The notes beneath the pieces are model-generated. The model was not told the DNA's origin and did not search any database. It was given only the letters and a program-made list of their open reading frames with translations. 43,523 nucleotides of DNA from positions 1 through 43,523 of the forward strand of contig JBGPMX010000001.1 in assembly GCA_041487215.1 (NCBI GenBank). Direction: 5' to 3'. Shown here one piece after another: positions 13,917-22,267 of the stretch. This DNA comes from Planctomycetia bacterium. Its GTDB lineage: Bacteria > Planctomycetota > Planctomycetia > JALXBF01 > JBGPMX01. Positions within the stretch are counted from its first letter, which is position 1; the number at the start of each line of letters is the position of its first letter. The translations under genes and the position numbers were made by a program.

Positions 13917-14522
13917 ATGCGTAGCCGTGTTCTCAACTGGTTCGTCGGTGCCCTGTTTGTGCTCACCGGGTACGCGGTCAGCGGCTTCCTCTGCGCGCAG
14001 GAACGCGTGCCGCTGCCGGCCCCACCGACCAAGGCGCAGCTCTACCAGGCCGTGCGCGATCAGCTCGACGTCGACGCCGTGGTCGGCAAAGTCATCAGCG
14101 ACGATCCGTACCTCAGCACCGAGCTGCGGCGGTGGGGTATCCAGGACGTCACCAAGGTGCCATACAACACCGGGGTGCCCCACACGATCATTTCCGGGTG
14201 GAAGGGGCAGAGCCGCTTCAAGGTCGCGCTCGTGGACAACACGATGCCCACGACGAGCCAGGCGATCGACGACCACCTGAAAGCCATCAATGAGCGGGCC
14301 GATACGATTGAGGAGAAGGTGGACCGCGCCGTGTCCGCTGTCGGTGACCTGGCAAAGAAGCTAGACGGCTCGATCACACGGCTAGGCGGCAACTCCGCCA
14401 TCATGCAAGGCACGCTCGACACGATCCGGGATCGCCTGGATGACAAGCTGCCGCCGGTGCCGGTACCGGCACCGGCTCCCGCTCCAGCGCCGCGTGCGTT
14501 CCCCTTCCAGCCACCCAAGTAG
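13917..14522 (+). CDS. N-terminally anchored coiled-coil protein with a Pro/Ala tail (i-spanin-like architecture)
   Basis: ATG at 13917. The TM segment is VLNWFVGALFVLTGYAVSGFLCA. A helical segment reads DDHLKAINERADTIEEKVDRAVSAVGDLAKKLD. The C-terminus is PPVPVPAPAPAPAP. Confidence 0.5.
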   Translation: MRSRVLNWFVGALFVLTGYAVSGFLCAQERVPLPAPPTKAQLYQAVRDQLDVDAVVGKVISDDPYLSTELRRWGIQDVTKVPYNTGVPHTIISGWKGQSRFKVALVDNTMPTTSQAIDDHLKAINERADTIEEKVDRAVSAVGDLAKKLDGSITRLGGNSAIMQGTLDTIRDRLDDKLPPVPVPAPAPAPAPRAFPFQPPK

Positions 14523-14526
14523 GACT

Positions 14527-14865
14527 ATGGGCATGGCCGACGATGTGCCGGAATATCGCCCGACGTGGCAATCGAGCGCCACCTGGATTTCGACCGTGGT
14601 GGCGGCGCTCGGTGCCCTGGGCGGGCTGCCGCTCGTACAGTCAATCCTCACACGGATCACCGCTCTGGAGCCGAACAGTGCCGAGCGGATCGCTGTCGTC
14701 TGCGTCGGTATGCTCGTGGTCGGCTGGATCGTGGTCACGCTGATCAAGGCGATCGCCGGCCGCTCGATGACCGTCGAGGCCGCGTACCTGCAGGCGAAGG
14801 GTGCCGAGGCGTCGGCCCCCGATGAAGGGTTCCCGAAGATCAGCCTTGAGCCGCCCAAGCAATGA
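14527..14865 (+). CDS. Two-TM small membrane protein (class II holin-like)
   Basis: ATG at 14527. The TM segments are TWISTVVAALGALGGLPLVQSIL and IAVVCVGMLVVGWIVVTLIKAIA, followed by a charged C-terminal tail. Confidence 0.5.
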   Translation: MGMADDVPEYRPTWQSSATWISTVVAALGALGGLPLVQSILTRITALEPNSAERIAVVCVGMLVVGWIVVTLIKAIAGRSMTVEAAYLQAKGAEASAPDEGFPKISLEPPKQ

Positions 14866-15824
14866 CATTGGCCCTGCTCGCACTCCTGGCCGCTCTGCCG
14901 ACGCCCAACGAGGCGCTGAACAGCTTCGTGCGCATCCGCTCGCTCGACGCTTCGGGTGCCATCGTGTGGCGCTCGGGGTTCGTGGTGGCCACCGGAGGGC
15001 CGTCCGCGATCTACCCGCGCGGCTGGACCAAGATCCTTACCGCAAAACACGAACTCGGTCGGCAGTGGTGGGTCGAGAACGACGACGACCCCAGGCGTAA
15101 TTGGTTCCGGGATGGCCGAGTGGTCAAGGTGGTCTATGCGCCCGACGAGGAGGTGGCATCGATCAACGTGGATAAGGGCCCCTATCCGTCCGTCACGAGG
15201 GTCGCCCCACTGGGGCACCAGATCGTTGGGCCGGTGCTCACCGTCGGCTGCGACAACGGTGGGCTGCCGAGCGTGTGGCGGGCGAACGTGATCAACGTGG
15301 GGAAATTTCGCGCCCAGGACGGCAGCGCCGTACACAACTTCGAGCTCGACCGGCCCGGCCCCCACGGGCGGTCGGGCGGTCCGGCGTACGACAGCACCGG
15401 TATGGTAGTGGGGCTCACCTGGGGATCGGACCAGCGCACATACACCGAGTGCACGAACCTCTGTGCAACGGGATGGGTTCGCCCGGAGCACCGCGTGCAG
15501 GTCTCCGCACAGGGGCCACCGGCTGCATCGCGATCCGTGACGCTCATTGCCCCGCCGAAGCCGGAGGTGCTGTTTTTTTATCGCGCGGATGATCCGATTG
15601 ACGTGATCATCGCCGGCCTGGGGCGGCGATCGGTGACGTACGTGCACGCAGAGACGGACGCGGGCAAGCGCATCAGCGCGATCTGGGACGTGCAGGTGTA
15701 CCCGTCGGCGATCGTCGTCATGCCCGACCCGAAGACGCCGGGCAGCTATCTCGAGATCGGCCGGCTACAGGGCAGCAAGATCAGCGTGGAGACGCTGAAG
15801 AAGCTGTCGCTCGACGCCCTGTGA
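14862..15824 (+). CDS. Secreted trypsin-like (S1/Trypsin_2) serine protease fused to a thioredoxin-like domain lacking CxxC
   Basis: The signal peptide is MTLALLALLAALPTPNEA. The His region is KILTAKHELG, the acidic region is APDEEVASINVD, and the Ser region is HGRSGGPAYDSTGMVVGL. The C-terminal part, PEVLFFYRADDPIDVII...IWDVQVYPSAIVV, resembles a Trx fold with WCxxC replaced by DDPID. Confidence 0.7.
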   Translation: MTLALLALLAALPTPNEALNSFVRIRSLDASGAIVWRSGFVVATGGPSAIYPRGWTKILTAKHELGRQWWVENDDDPRRNWFRDGRVVKVVYAPDEEVASINVDKGPYPSVTRVAPLGHQIVGPVLTVGCDNGGLPSVWRANVINVGKFRAQDGSAVHNFELDRPGPHGRSGGPAYDSTGMVVGLTWGSDQRTYTECTNLCATGWVRPEHRVQVSAQGPPAASRSVTLIAPPKPEVLFFYRADDPIDVIIAGLGRRSVTYVHAETDAGKRISAIWDVQVYPSAIVVMPDPKTPGSYLEIGRLQGSKISVETLKKLSLDAL

Positions 15825-15841
15825 TCACGGAGGAGGTTTTG

Positions 15842-16234
15842 ATGGAAATGACGCTATGGGGAATTCTCTCGTCAGTCATGATGGCCATCATTGCGGTGCT
15901 GAGCGTCGTCTCCGTATGCGCTGTGCTGCTCGTCGCCAGGCGTCTCGATCGCGAGCAGCGCGAGCAGTGGGTCCATATCAACACGCTGACGGATTTTCGG
16001 CGCGTGGTCGGCGAGACCTACGCGACCGCAGAATCGCTGCGACTAGCCGGCCAGGAGTTCGATCGTCGGTTGAGCGCGCTGCTGGCCTCGTTGCACGAGT
16101 TCGAGAAAATAGCCGCCGGCCACTACGCAACGCGCGAAGAGCTGCGCGATACCGTGAACGACTTTCGGGAGGACATGACCGCGCGGCACGCACAGAACCT
16201 CGGTGTGCTGACCCAGATCCTCCAGAAAGATTAA
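15842..16234 (+). CDS. N-terminal TM plus coiled-coil protein (Mu gp25/DUF2730-like or spanin-like)
   Basis: The ATG at 15842 follows GGAGGAGG. The TM segment is LWGILSSVMMAIIAVLSVVSVCAVLLVA, followed by a helical region ...HYATREELRDTVNDFREDMTARHAQNLGVLTQIL. Confidence 0.5.
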   Translation: MEMTLWGILSSVMMAIIAVLSVVSVCAVLLVARRLDREQREQWVHINTLTDFRRVVGETYATAESLRLAGQEFDRRLSALLASLHEFEKIAAGHYATREELRDTVNDFREDMTARHAQNLGVLTQILQKD

Positions 16235-16242
16235 GGGCAACC

Positions 16243-16551
16243 GTGCCATCGCCGAGTCAGATCGCTCGCCGTCGCGGATATATCTTGGCGTTTTTGGGAC
16301 GCCAGGCGGCGGCCGGCATTCACGAGGTCATCCAGGACCTGATCTTCGCCGCCTGCCGTGACAAGGGCCTGACGCACCTGCCGCAGACGGTGGGCGAGGA
16401 CCTGGACTGGCTCAAGGACCACGCACTGGTCGAAGACGTGCCGATGCCCGACGAGATCACGGGCGGGCGCGAGGTGTTTTGGCGGATCACGATTAACGGC
16501 AAAGACGTGCTTCACGGCCATGCCCACAGACCAGCAGGACTCGACCTCTAA
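16243..16551 (+). CDS. Hypothetical winged-helix-like protein (102 aa)
   Basis: GTG at 16243 inside track ORF 15856..16551: RRGYILAFLGRQAAAGIHEVIQDLIFAACRDKGL...GGREVFWRITINGKDVL. Confidence 0.4.
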   Translation: MPSPSQIARRRGYILAFLGRQAAAGIHEVIQDLIFAACRDKGLTHLPQTVGEDLDWLKDHALVEDVPMPDEITGGREVFWRITINGKDVLHGHAHRPAGLDL

Positions 16552-17086
16552 GGGCCTGCGTCTGCACAAGGCCGACGCCGTGGCACCCGAGTTCGAGGCG
16601 ATCGCCATCGAGCTCTGGACGATAGAGCGGTGGAACCGGCGCAGGATCTATCAGGACTTTTGCCGGCGCTATGGTGACACGGTCGTGTCGCGGAGCGCGT
16701 TCTACCGCTGGTTCGCCAAGGTCCTGGCCGTGGGGGTGCGGGATGAGACGATTCGCAAACAGGCGGCGGCCATGGTGGCCGCGGCCGCCGAGGGACGGCC
16801 CGACGTCAAAGAGTTTGCCCACAATCTGGCCGTGCAGGCCGTGGCCAGGTTGCTCTACGAGACGCCCGAGGGGATGGACCCCCAGGTGCTCCTCAAGGCC
16901 ATCCGCGCGCTCGACCAGGTGAAGCGGACGGATCTGGCCGCCGCGCAGTATCGCGACGAGGTGCAGGCGAGGGCGGAGACGGCGGCGAAGGAGGCGGGCA
17001 AGAAGCTGGCCGAGGCCGGCATGGACAAGCCGGCGGTCGAGGACCTGGTCCGCAGCATCTATGGAATTGCTGGCCCGGCCAGCTAA
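16520..17086 (+). CDS. Mu gp27-like small terminase subunit (DUF3486-like)
   Basis: It has an N-terminal HTH-like SRSAFYRWFAK, a long helical middle, and a C-terminus ...GMDKPAVEDLVRSIYGI resembling the gp27 family ending. It lies upstream of TerL. Confidence 0.55.
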   Translation: MPTDQQDSTSKGLRLHKADAVAPEFEAIAIELWTIERWNRRRIYQDFCRRYGDTVVSRSAFYRWFAKVLAVGVRDETIRKQAAAMVAAAAEGRPDVKEFAHNLAVQAVARLLYETPEGMDPQVLLKAIRALDQVKRTDLAAAQYRDEVQARAETAAKEAGKKLAEAGMDKPAVEDLVRSIYGIAGPAS

Positions 17087-17101
17087 AAGAGGATTGATCC
17101 T

Positions 17102-17410
17102 GTGCACGACAAAAACGGCAACGCGATCGGCCACGGGGACTACCTGAAATGCCCGGGGAAAACACCGTTCATCGGCCGCGTCTCGAAGCTCTACCCAGGC
17201 ACGAATACGTGCAACGTAACCATCGCCTACCTAGTGATGGGTGGCGTGGAGTCGGGTTCGGTGACGGCCTCGGAGTGCGACTTGCTGCTGCGCGCGGACG
17301 GGGGCGACGAAGACATTGCGCCGCATGCGCCGCTGCCTGCGAATGCCCTGCAAGCGTCGGCGTCGGCGCCTGCTCTCCGCGCCGACGTGAGGGACGTGAC
17401 GGCCGGTTAG
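17102..17410 (+). CDS. Hypothetical small protein (102 aa)
   Basis: Track ORF. The GTG start follows AAGAGGA. The N-terminal half is beta-rich. Confidence 0.4.
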   Translation: MHDKNGNAIGHGDYLKCPGKTPFIGRVSKLYPGTNTCNVTIAYLVMGGVESGSVTASECDLLLRADGGDEDIAPHAPLPANALQASASAPALRADVRDVTAG

Positions 17411-17418
17411 GAAAACCA

Positions 17419-19002
17419 ATGATCGCCACGAAGAAACGAAAGACGATCGCGACCACGTGGCGGAAGCCGCCCGAGTGGTCGCACATCCCGGGTGAGCCGA
17501 CCCGGCCGCCCCTTGTGCCGTCGTGGGCCAAGGCCGTCGCGGGTGGCAAGCCCGTGCCCCCCGTGCCCATCGTCGGCTACCAGGAGCAATATCTCTCGCT
17601 GCCCGACCGCTTCGTTGCGTGGCTCGCCTCGCGCCAAATCGGCAAGTCGTGGACCGCGATGCTCAAGCAGGTGTTTCGTGTGCACCAGGCCGAGCAACGT
17701 AAACTCGGGCATCGCGCCATCGTCTTCTCTTCCGGCAAAGAGCCGGCGCTTGAGGATATCCGCTACGCGATCATGCACTCGCGCGCGATCGAGACGTGGC
17801 GTCAGGCGGAGATGGCCATCGCCGAATCGGAAGAGTCGTACGAGCCGGACCCGGAGCAGAACCGCTACGCGAAATACTCGATCGACTTCCCCGGTACCGG
17901 GCTCTCCTCGATCGCGGCGATCGCGGCGAACCCCTGGACGGCGGTCGGCCGCAACGCCCACGTGGTCGGGGACGAGGTGGCCCGTTGGCGCGATCCCCGC
18001 GCCGTCTGGGATGCGATCGTGCCCTTCGTCACGCGCGGCGGCGTCGGCATGGACCTCTTCAGCACGCCGTTCGGTGTCAGCAATCTCTGGCACGACCTCT
18101 GTACCCGCCCGGAGCACTACGGGCTGAAGCTGCTGGTTACCACGATCTGGGACGCGATTCAGGACATCGAGATCATCTTGCACCTCCTGCCCGAGGCGCA
18201 GGCCGAGCAACTGCGTATCGATCCCGCGCAGCTCTACAAGCTGTGCGGAGACGACAAGGTGTGGGCACAGAATTACCTCTGTCAGTTCCTGGACCTCCTG
18301 AGCACGCTGCTCGGTCTGGACATGATTGCTGCGTGCGAGACCAGCGGCACGCTCTGGTCGAGCATCGCCGAAGGCCGAGAGGGCAGCGCGTCGCGCATCC
18401 TCTTCTTCGGATGGGACGTTGCGCGCAAGAGGGACCTCTCGATTGCCTGGGTGCTCGAGCTCCTCGGCGACGTGCTCGTCACCCGTTGGATCGAGACCAT
18501 GCAGAAGATGCGTTTGCCGGACCAACAGAAGATTGTGGACACGATCATCGGGCTCCCCGGCATGCGGCGCGGTCTCATCGACGAAACGGGCATGGGCCTG
18601 GCGGTCAAGGAGTTTTCCGAGGATCGGTTCGGCTCGATCAGAATCGGCGGGGTGACCTTCACCGGCCCGGCAAGAGTCGAGATGTCGAAGCACCTGCAGG
18701 CCAAGTTCCAGGATCGCAAGATTCGCATCCCGAACGATCCGATGATCCGGGACGACCTGCGGCTGGTGAAGAAAGAAGACACGCTATCGAGCGAACGGAT
18801 CGTGATCGAGGAGGGTGGCGAGTCGCACGCCGACCGCTTCTGGGCGCTGGCCCTGGCCATATACGCGGCGTACGAGTGGACCACGTCGGGCTCACGGGCG
18901 CCGGCCACCGCGCCCACGTCGGTGTCTCCGTCGCACCTGACTGGCCGTATCAATCAGCCGAACGTCAGCTTGGCAGCGAAGCTGCTCACGCGAGCAGCTT
19001 GA
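17419..19002 (+). CDS. Terminase large subunit
   Basis: ATG at 17419 inside track ORF 17149..19002. The Walker A-like motif is WLASRQIGKSWTA. The C-terminal nuclease-domain ending is GGESHADRFWALALAIYA. Confidence 0.85.
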   Translation: MIATKKRKTIATTWRKPPEWSHIPGEPTRPPLVPSWAKAVAGGKPVPPVPIVGYQEQYLSLPDRFVAWLASRQIGKSWTAMLKQVFRVHQAEQRKLGHRAIVFSSGKEPALEDIRYAIMHSRAIETWRQAEMAIAESEESYEPDPEQNRYAKYSIDFPGTGLSSIAAIAANPWTAVGRNAHVVGDEVARWRDPRAVWDAIVPFVTRGGVGMDLFSTPFGVSNLWHDLCTRPEHYGLKLLVTTIWDAIQDIEIILHLLPEAQAEQLRIDPAQLYKLCGDDKVWAQNYLCQFLDLLSTLLGLDMIAACETSGTLWSSIAEGREGSASRILFFGWDVARKRDLSIAWVLELLGDVLVTRWIETMQKMRLPDQQKIVDTIIGLPGMRRGLIDETGMGLAVKEFSEDRFGSIRIGGVTFTGPARVEMSKHLQAKFQDRKIRIPNDPMIRDDLRLVKKEDTLSSERIVIEEGGESHADRFWALALAIYAAYEWTTSGSRAPATAPTSVSPSHLTGRINQPNVSLAAKLLTRAA

Positions 19003-19043
19003 TTTGTCCCCCCGTGTTCTGTTTCCCGATAGGAGGGTGTCAG

Positions 19044-19196
19044 GTGAGCGACGAACAAAAGACCGAGCAGGAGCGGCAAAAGACCGAGCAGGAGCGCCAG
19101 CGCACCGAGACCGAGCGCAAGCGCGGAGACGCCGAGGAAAAGCGCGGAGACGCCGAGGAGAAACGGCGCGACGCCGAACGCGAAGCGAAAGGCTGA
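19044..19196 (+). CDS. Possible 50-aa highly charged repeat peptide
   Basis: The GTG at 19044 lies 6 nt after AGGAGGG. The peptide is VSDEQKTEQERQKTEQERQRTETERKRGDAEEKRGDAEEKRRDAEREAKG. It is built from 21-nt tandem repeats at 19056-19097 and 19120-19161. Confidence 0.4.
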   Translation: MSDEQKTEQERQKTEQERQRTETERKRGDAEEKRGDAEEKRRDAEREAKG

Positions 19197-19231
19197 TCAG
19201 GACGCCGAACGCGAAGCGAAAGGCTGATCAC
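19170..19231 (+). repeat. 31-bp tandem duplication (30/31 identical) spanning the stop codon of the charged peptide ORF
   Basis: GACGCCGAACGCGAAGCGAAAGGCTGATCA plus one base occurs at 19170-19200 and at 19201-19231. Confidence 0.95.
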
Positions 19232-19240
19232 GTGGTCACC

Positions 19241-19271
19241 GGTGTGCCGCCCGCCCGAGCGGCGGCACACC
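19241..19271 (+). terminator. 11-bp perfect GC-rich hairpin followed by GGGTTTG (terminator-like or stabiliser)
   Basis: GGTGTGCCGCC (19241-19251) pairs with GGCGGCACACC (19261-19271). The T-tract is weak. Confidence 0.35.
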
Positions 19272-19293
19272 GGGTTTGAAAGATTGAGCACGG

Positions 19294-21084
19294 ATGCAAC
19301 AGCCGAACACCACGACCGAGCCCAGGCCGACGCCCACGCAGGTGCGCCGCGTCGTGCTGGGCACTTATGGGCAGCGGAATCGTCGGCCGCCCCTGAGCTC
19401 GATTGCTACGTACGAGCGGATGGCCAATGATTATGCGATCGCCGCCGGGTTGGCGATCCTTGGCTCACCCGCCGTGCGAGTGGACTGGACGATGGTGGTG
19501 CAGGAGTCGCCGGAGGCGGCGGCTGCCGGCCCGGCGCCGCCACCGGTGCGTCCGGCCGCGACGGGTCCCGTCGCACCCAAGCAGCCCTCGGCATCCGAAC
19601 AGATCGCCGACTTGATGACCCAGATGATCGCGCCGATCTGGCGTGGTGCGGTGAAGCACATGCTCACCGCACTGTCGATGAAGGCCGCCCCGTTCCTCAA
19701 ACAGTTCTCCTATCGCACCGTCGCCGGCCGCGACGTGCTGTGGCTCGACGGCCTCAAGCCAATCAAGCTGCGCGACGCGGTGCTACTCGAACGGATCGTC
19801 GAGGGGGATGGAGGCCTGGAGCGTAAGTTCGGCGGCATGGCCGTGCGAGTCGTCCCCACGGGCGACCAGTCGGGCGTGTCGGACCTCGGGATCGAAGGGC
19901 TCGTGCCCGGTCATTACGAGCCGGTCGAGTGGTGGCGCACGGCCTGGTTCGCCATCGATTCCGAGGACGGCGAGTTGGTCGGCAAGAGTCAGCGCATGGA
20001 GCTGCTCAAGCGCACTTGGTGGAGCAAAACATCCCCAGACGGGGCACAAGACGTCGAGGATATTTGGTTTCGCAAGTACGTGTACGGCGGCTGCGTCGTT
20101 ACGTACCCGGAGGGAACCACGCAACAGAAAGACGGCTCGACGAAAGACAACTCCGAAATCGCGCTCGACATTGGCACCAACTTCCTGGCCGGCGGCGTGG
20201 CCTGCATCCCGATACCCGGCAATGGAACCAAGGAGACGAACCCGTGGTCTGTCACGGGCCCCGAGGGCCAAAAAAAGTCCGACGAATTGGGGAAGCAGAT
20301 TGATGACCGGTTGGACCGCCGGCTGTTCCTCGGCCTCTTCGTCTCGGCCATGATCGCTGGCGGATCGCCCGGAGAGGGCAGCACCTTCGCGCTCGCGAAT
20401 GTGCTGTTTGATGTACTCACGACCCACATTGAAGACATCATCTCGCAAATTTGCGACTTCGTCAGCCGTCACGTGGTCCAGCCGATCGTTGAGTGGAACT
20501 GGGGCTCACGTTGGAGCGCGCGTATCGAGCCAGCCCCGCTCTCGGATGAAACGGTGGCCGTGCTGCGCGAGCTGATCAAAGCCCTGTTCCAGAACCCAAA
20601 CCTCGCGCCCGAGCTAATCAAGTTCCTGGACCTGGGCGGCTCGTTGGAGCAGGCCGGCTTGCCCCTGGCCGACGACGCGACCGATCGGATCGCCGCCTTC
20701 CGGGGCACACCGGCGATGGCAGGTACACCTGGGGTCATCCCGGCCCCGGCCGGGGAAACGGTGCAGGAGGCGGCACTCAATGGTGCCCAGATCTCCAGCC
20801 TACTCGAGATCGTTACCCAGGCGGCGTCGCGGCAGCTCCCGCTGGAGACAGTCAAGCCAATACTGCAGGCATCATTCCCGGCGCTCCCTGCCGGCGTCAT
20901 CGACGCGATACTCCGACCGCTCGTTTCCTTCCACCCCGGAGTGGCACAACTTCGGGAACCAGGAGGAAATCGCACGGCCGACGAGCTGGTCGACCGCGCC
21001 TCCCAGCTCGGCACAGCGTTCTGGGATGACTATCGCCAGCGCGTAAAAAAAAAGCTGTCCGAAGCAGCTTCGGAGACCAACTGA
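19294..21084 (+). CDS. Portal protein (Mu gp29/DUF935-like by position)
   Basis: It is 596 aa and lies between TerL and the Mu F-like gene. The call rests on position and size only. No motif was verified. Confidence 0.7.
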   Translation: MQQPNTTTEPRPTPTQVRRVVLGTYGQRNRRPPLSSIATYERMANDYAIAAGLAILGSPAVRVDWTMVVQESPEAAAAGPAPPPVRPAATGPVAPKQPSASEQIADLMTQMIAPIWRGAVKHMLTALSMKAAPFLKQFSYRTVAGRDVLWLDGLKPIKLRDAVLLERIVEGDGGLERKFGGMAVRVVPTGDQSGVSDLGIEGLVPGHYEPVEWWRTAWFAIDSEDGELVGKSQRMELLKRTWWSKTSPDGAQDVEDIWFRKYVYGGCVVTYPEGTTQQKDGSTKDNSEIALDIGTNFLAGGVACIPIPGNGTKETNPWSVTGPEGQKKSDELGKQIDDRLDRRLFLGLFVSAMIAGGSPGEGSTFALANVLFDVLTTHIEDIISQICDFVSRHVVQPIVEWNWGSRWSARIEPAPLSDETVAVLRELIKALFQNPNLAPELIKFLDLGGSLEQAGLPLADDATDRIAAFRGTPAMAGTPGVIPAPAGETVQEAALNGAQISSLLEIVTQAASRQLPLETVKPILQASFPALPAGVIDAILRPLVSFHPGVAQLREPGGNRTADELVDRASQLGTAFWDDYRQRVKKKLSEAASETN

Positions 21085-21152
21085 ATGGCGTTCAAAGCGC
21101 GATCCACGAACTGGCACGTGAGGGTGACCTGGCCCGATGGCACCTCAACCCG

Positions 21153-22007
21153 GTGCTATCGGACATGGTCCCGTACGCGGAGCTCGTTTTCGAAGCGATC
21201 CTGGCCGCCTGGTCCGACGCGGCCGTTCCGCTCGTGCGCCGGGCCGAAGAGGAGCGGCCGGCCGACGCTGTTCGCTTTCCCGGTACCGTCAAGCTGGCCG
21301 GTGACGATCCGGTCGGCATGGTGGATGACGGCGGCGAGTTTACCTTCTTCCCGCAGATCCGCGAGGCGTTCAACTTCCTGCGCGACCGGAGTGTGCTCCC
21401 ATACGCCGAGTACAAAGAACTCGTCGACGCGGCCCGGAAGAAAGCCTTCAGCGTCGCCGGCGTCGAAAGCCAGCGTGCGCTCGATCGCGTCTCTGATCTG
21501 CTCCAGGAATCGATCCGGGACGGCTGGAGTAACAGCCGCTTCCGGGAAGAGGTTGATCGATCGTTCAGCGAGCTCGGGCTTACGGGGCTCACCGAGCACC
21601 AGGCGACCCGCGTCTTCCGGACCAACGTGGCGGCCGCGCGGGCCGAGGCGCATGACCGCGTGCTGGCGGATCCGTTCGTCGGCGACGCGTTCCCGTTCGA
21701 TCGGTACGACGCCATCGACGACGCGCGGAGCGACCCGACTCACGTGGTGCTCGACAACTGGGTGTTCTTGCGTGGCGACCCGGTGTGGTACGAGGGGGAC
21801 CCGCCGATGCGGCCGCCTCGCCGGCCGAACTGCCGATGCGACCGGACGGCGATCAGCGTCGCGCAGTTCCTGGTCCTCTATCGGAGCGGAGCGGTGCGGT
21901 ACGGCTCTCGGGACCTGACGCTGAGGGACCCGCAGACCGGCAAGCCGGTGCGGATCAGACGGGACGCGAAAACGGAGCTCGTACTCCGAAAGGCGAAGGT
22001 GCGATGA
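21153..22007 (+). CDS. Mu F-like (gp30, SPP1 gp7 family) head morphogenesis protein
   Basis: FNFLRDRSVLPYAEYKELVDAARKKAFSVAGVE...GWSNSRFREEV...ATRVFRTNVAAARAEAHDRV...FPFDRYDAIDDARSDPTHVVLDN...PPRRPNCRCD matches the Phage_Mu_F pattern (RTn...ay..g; Y.a..D.rtr..H; PP.H.nCRC). The start codon is uncertain. Confidence 0.85.
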   Translation: MLSDMVPYAELVFEAILAAWSDAAVPLVRRAEEERPADAVRFPGTVKLAGDDPVGMVDDGGEFTFFPQIREAFNFLRDRSVLPYAEYKELVDAARKKAFSVAGVESQRALDRVSDLLQESIRDGWSNSRFREEVDRSFSELGLTGLTEHQATRVFRTNVAAARAEAHDRVLADPFVGDAFPFDRYDAIDDARSDPTHVVLDNWVFLRGDPVWYEGDPPMRPPRRPNCRCDRTAISVAQFLVLYRSGAVRYGSRDLTLRDPQTGKPVRIRRDAKTELVLRKAKVR

Positions 22008-22267
22008 GGCTCAACGTGTGTGGAATCCTGCGTTCCGCGCAGACGGACGAGCTGATCGAAGAACTCAAGCGTCGCTACGAATTGCTCCTCGTTGTAGGAA
22101 AGGAAAAGTCAACGCCGGATAAGACCTATTTGACGTGCATCTGTCATCCGGACTCGGTCTCGGTGCGTGGGCTGGCGGAGGTCGCCGAGGCACGTACGGC
22201 GATGACGATCCACGAGTTTGCGGACACGGAAACAGAAGCGGACTTTGGCGAGGAGAACTCTGAGTGA
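22004..22267 (+). CDS. Small acidic hypothetical protein (87 aa)
   Basis: The ATG at 22004 overlaps the Mu F-like stop (ATGA), and its own stop overlaps the next GTG start. The C-terminus is EFADTETEADFGEENSE. Confidence 0.5.
   Translation: MRLNVCGILRSAQTDELIEELKRRYELLLVVGKEKSTPDKTYLTCICHPDSVSVRGLAEVAEARTAMTIHEFADTETEADFGEENSE

Noticed and set aside
17149-17418. N-terminal extension of the terminase ORF (start at 17149), and similar upstream extensions of track ORFs 2292, 6086, 26050, 28767, 31277, 34480 and 40455
   Set aside because: The extensions overlap upstream genes out of frame and lack protein-like composition. Internal ATG/GTG starts coincide with upstream stops or SD motifs.
21085-21918. 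277-aa ORF 21085..21918 starting right after the portal stop
   Set aside because: It overlaps the Mu F-like frame (21153..22007), which carries clear family motifs. The 21085 frame translates to Ser/Arg/Thr-rich noise. The true Mu F-like start may nevertheless be upstream of 21153 via a non-canonical start.
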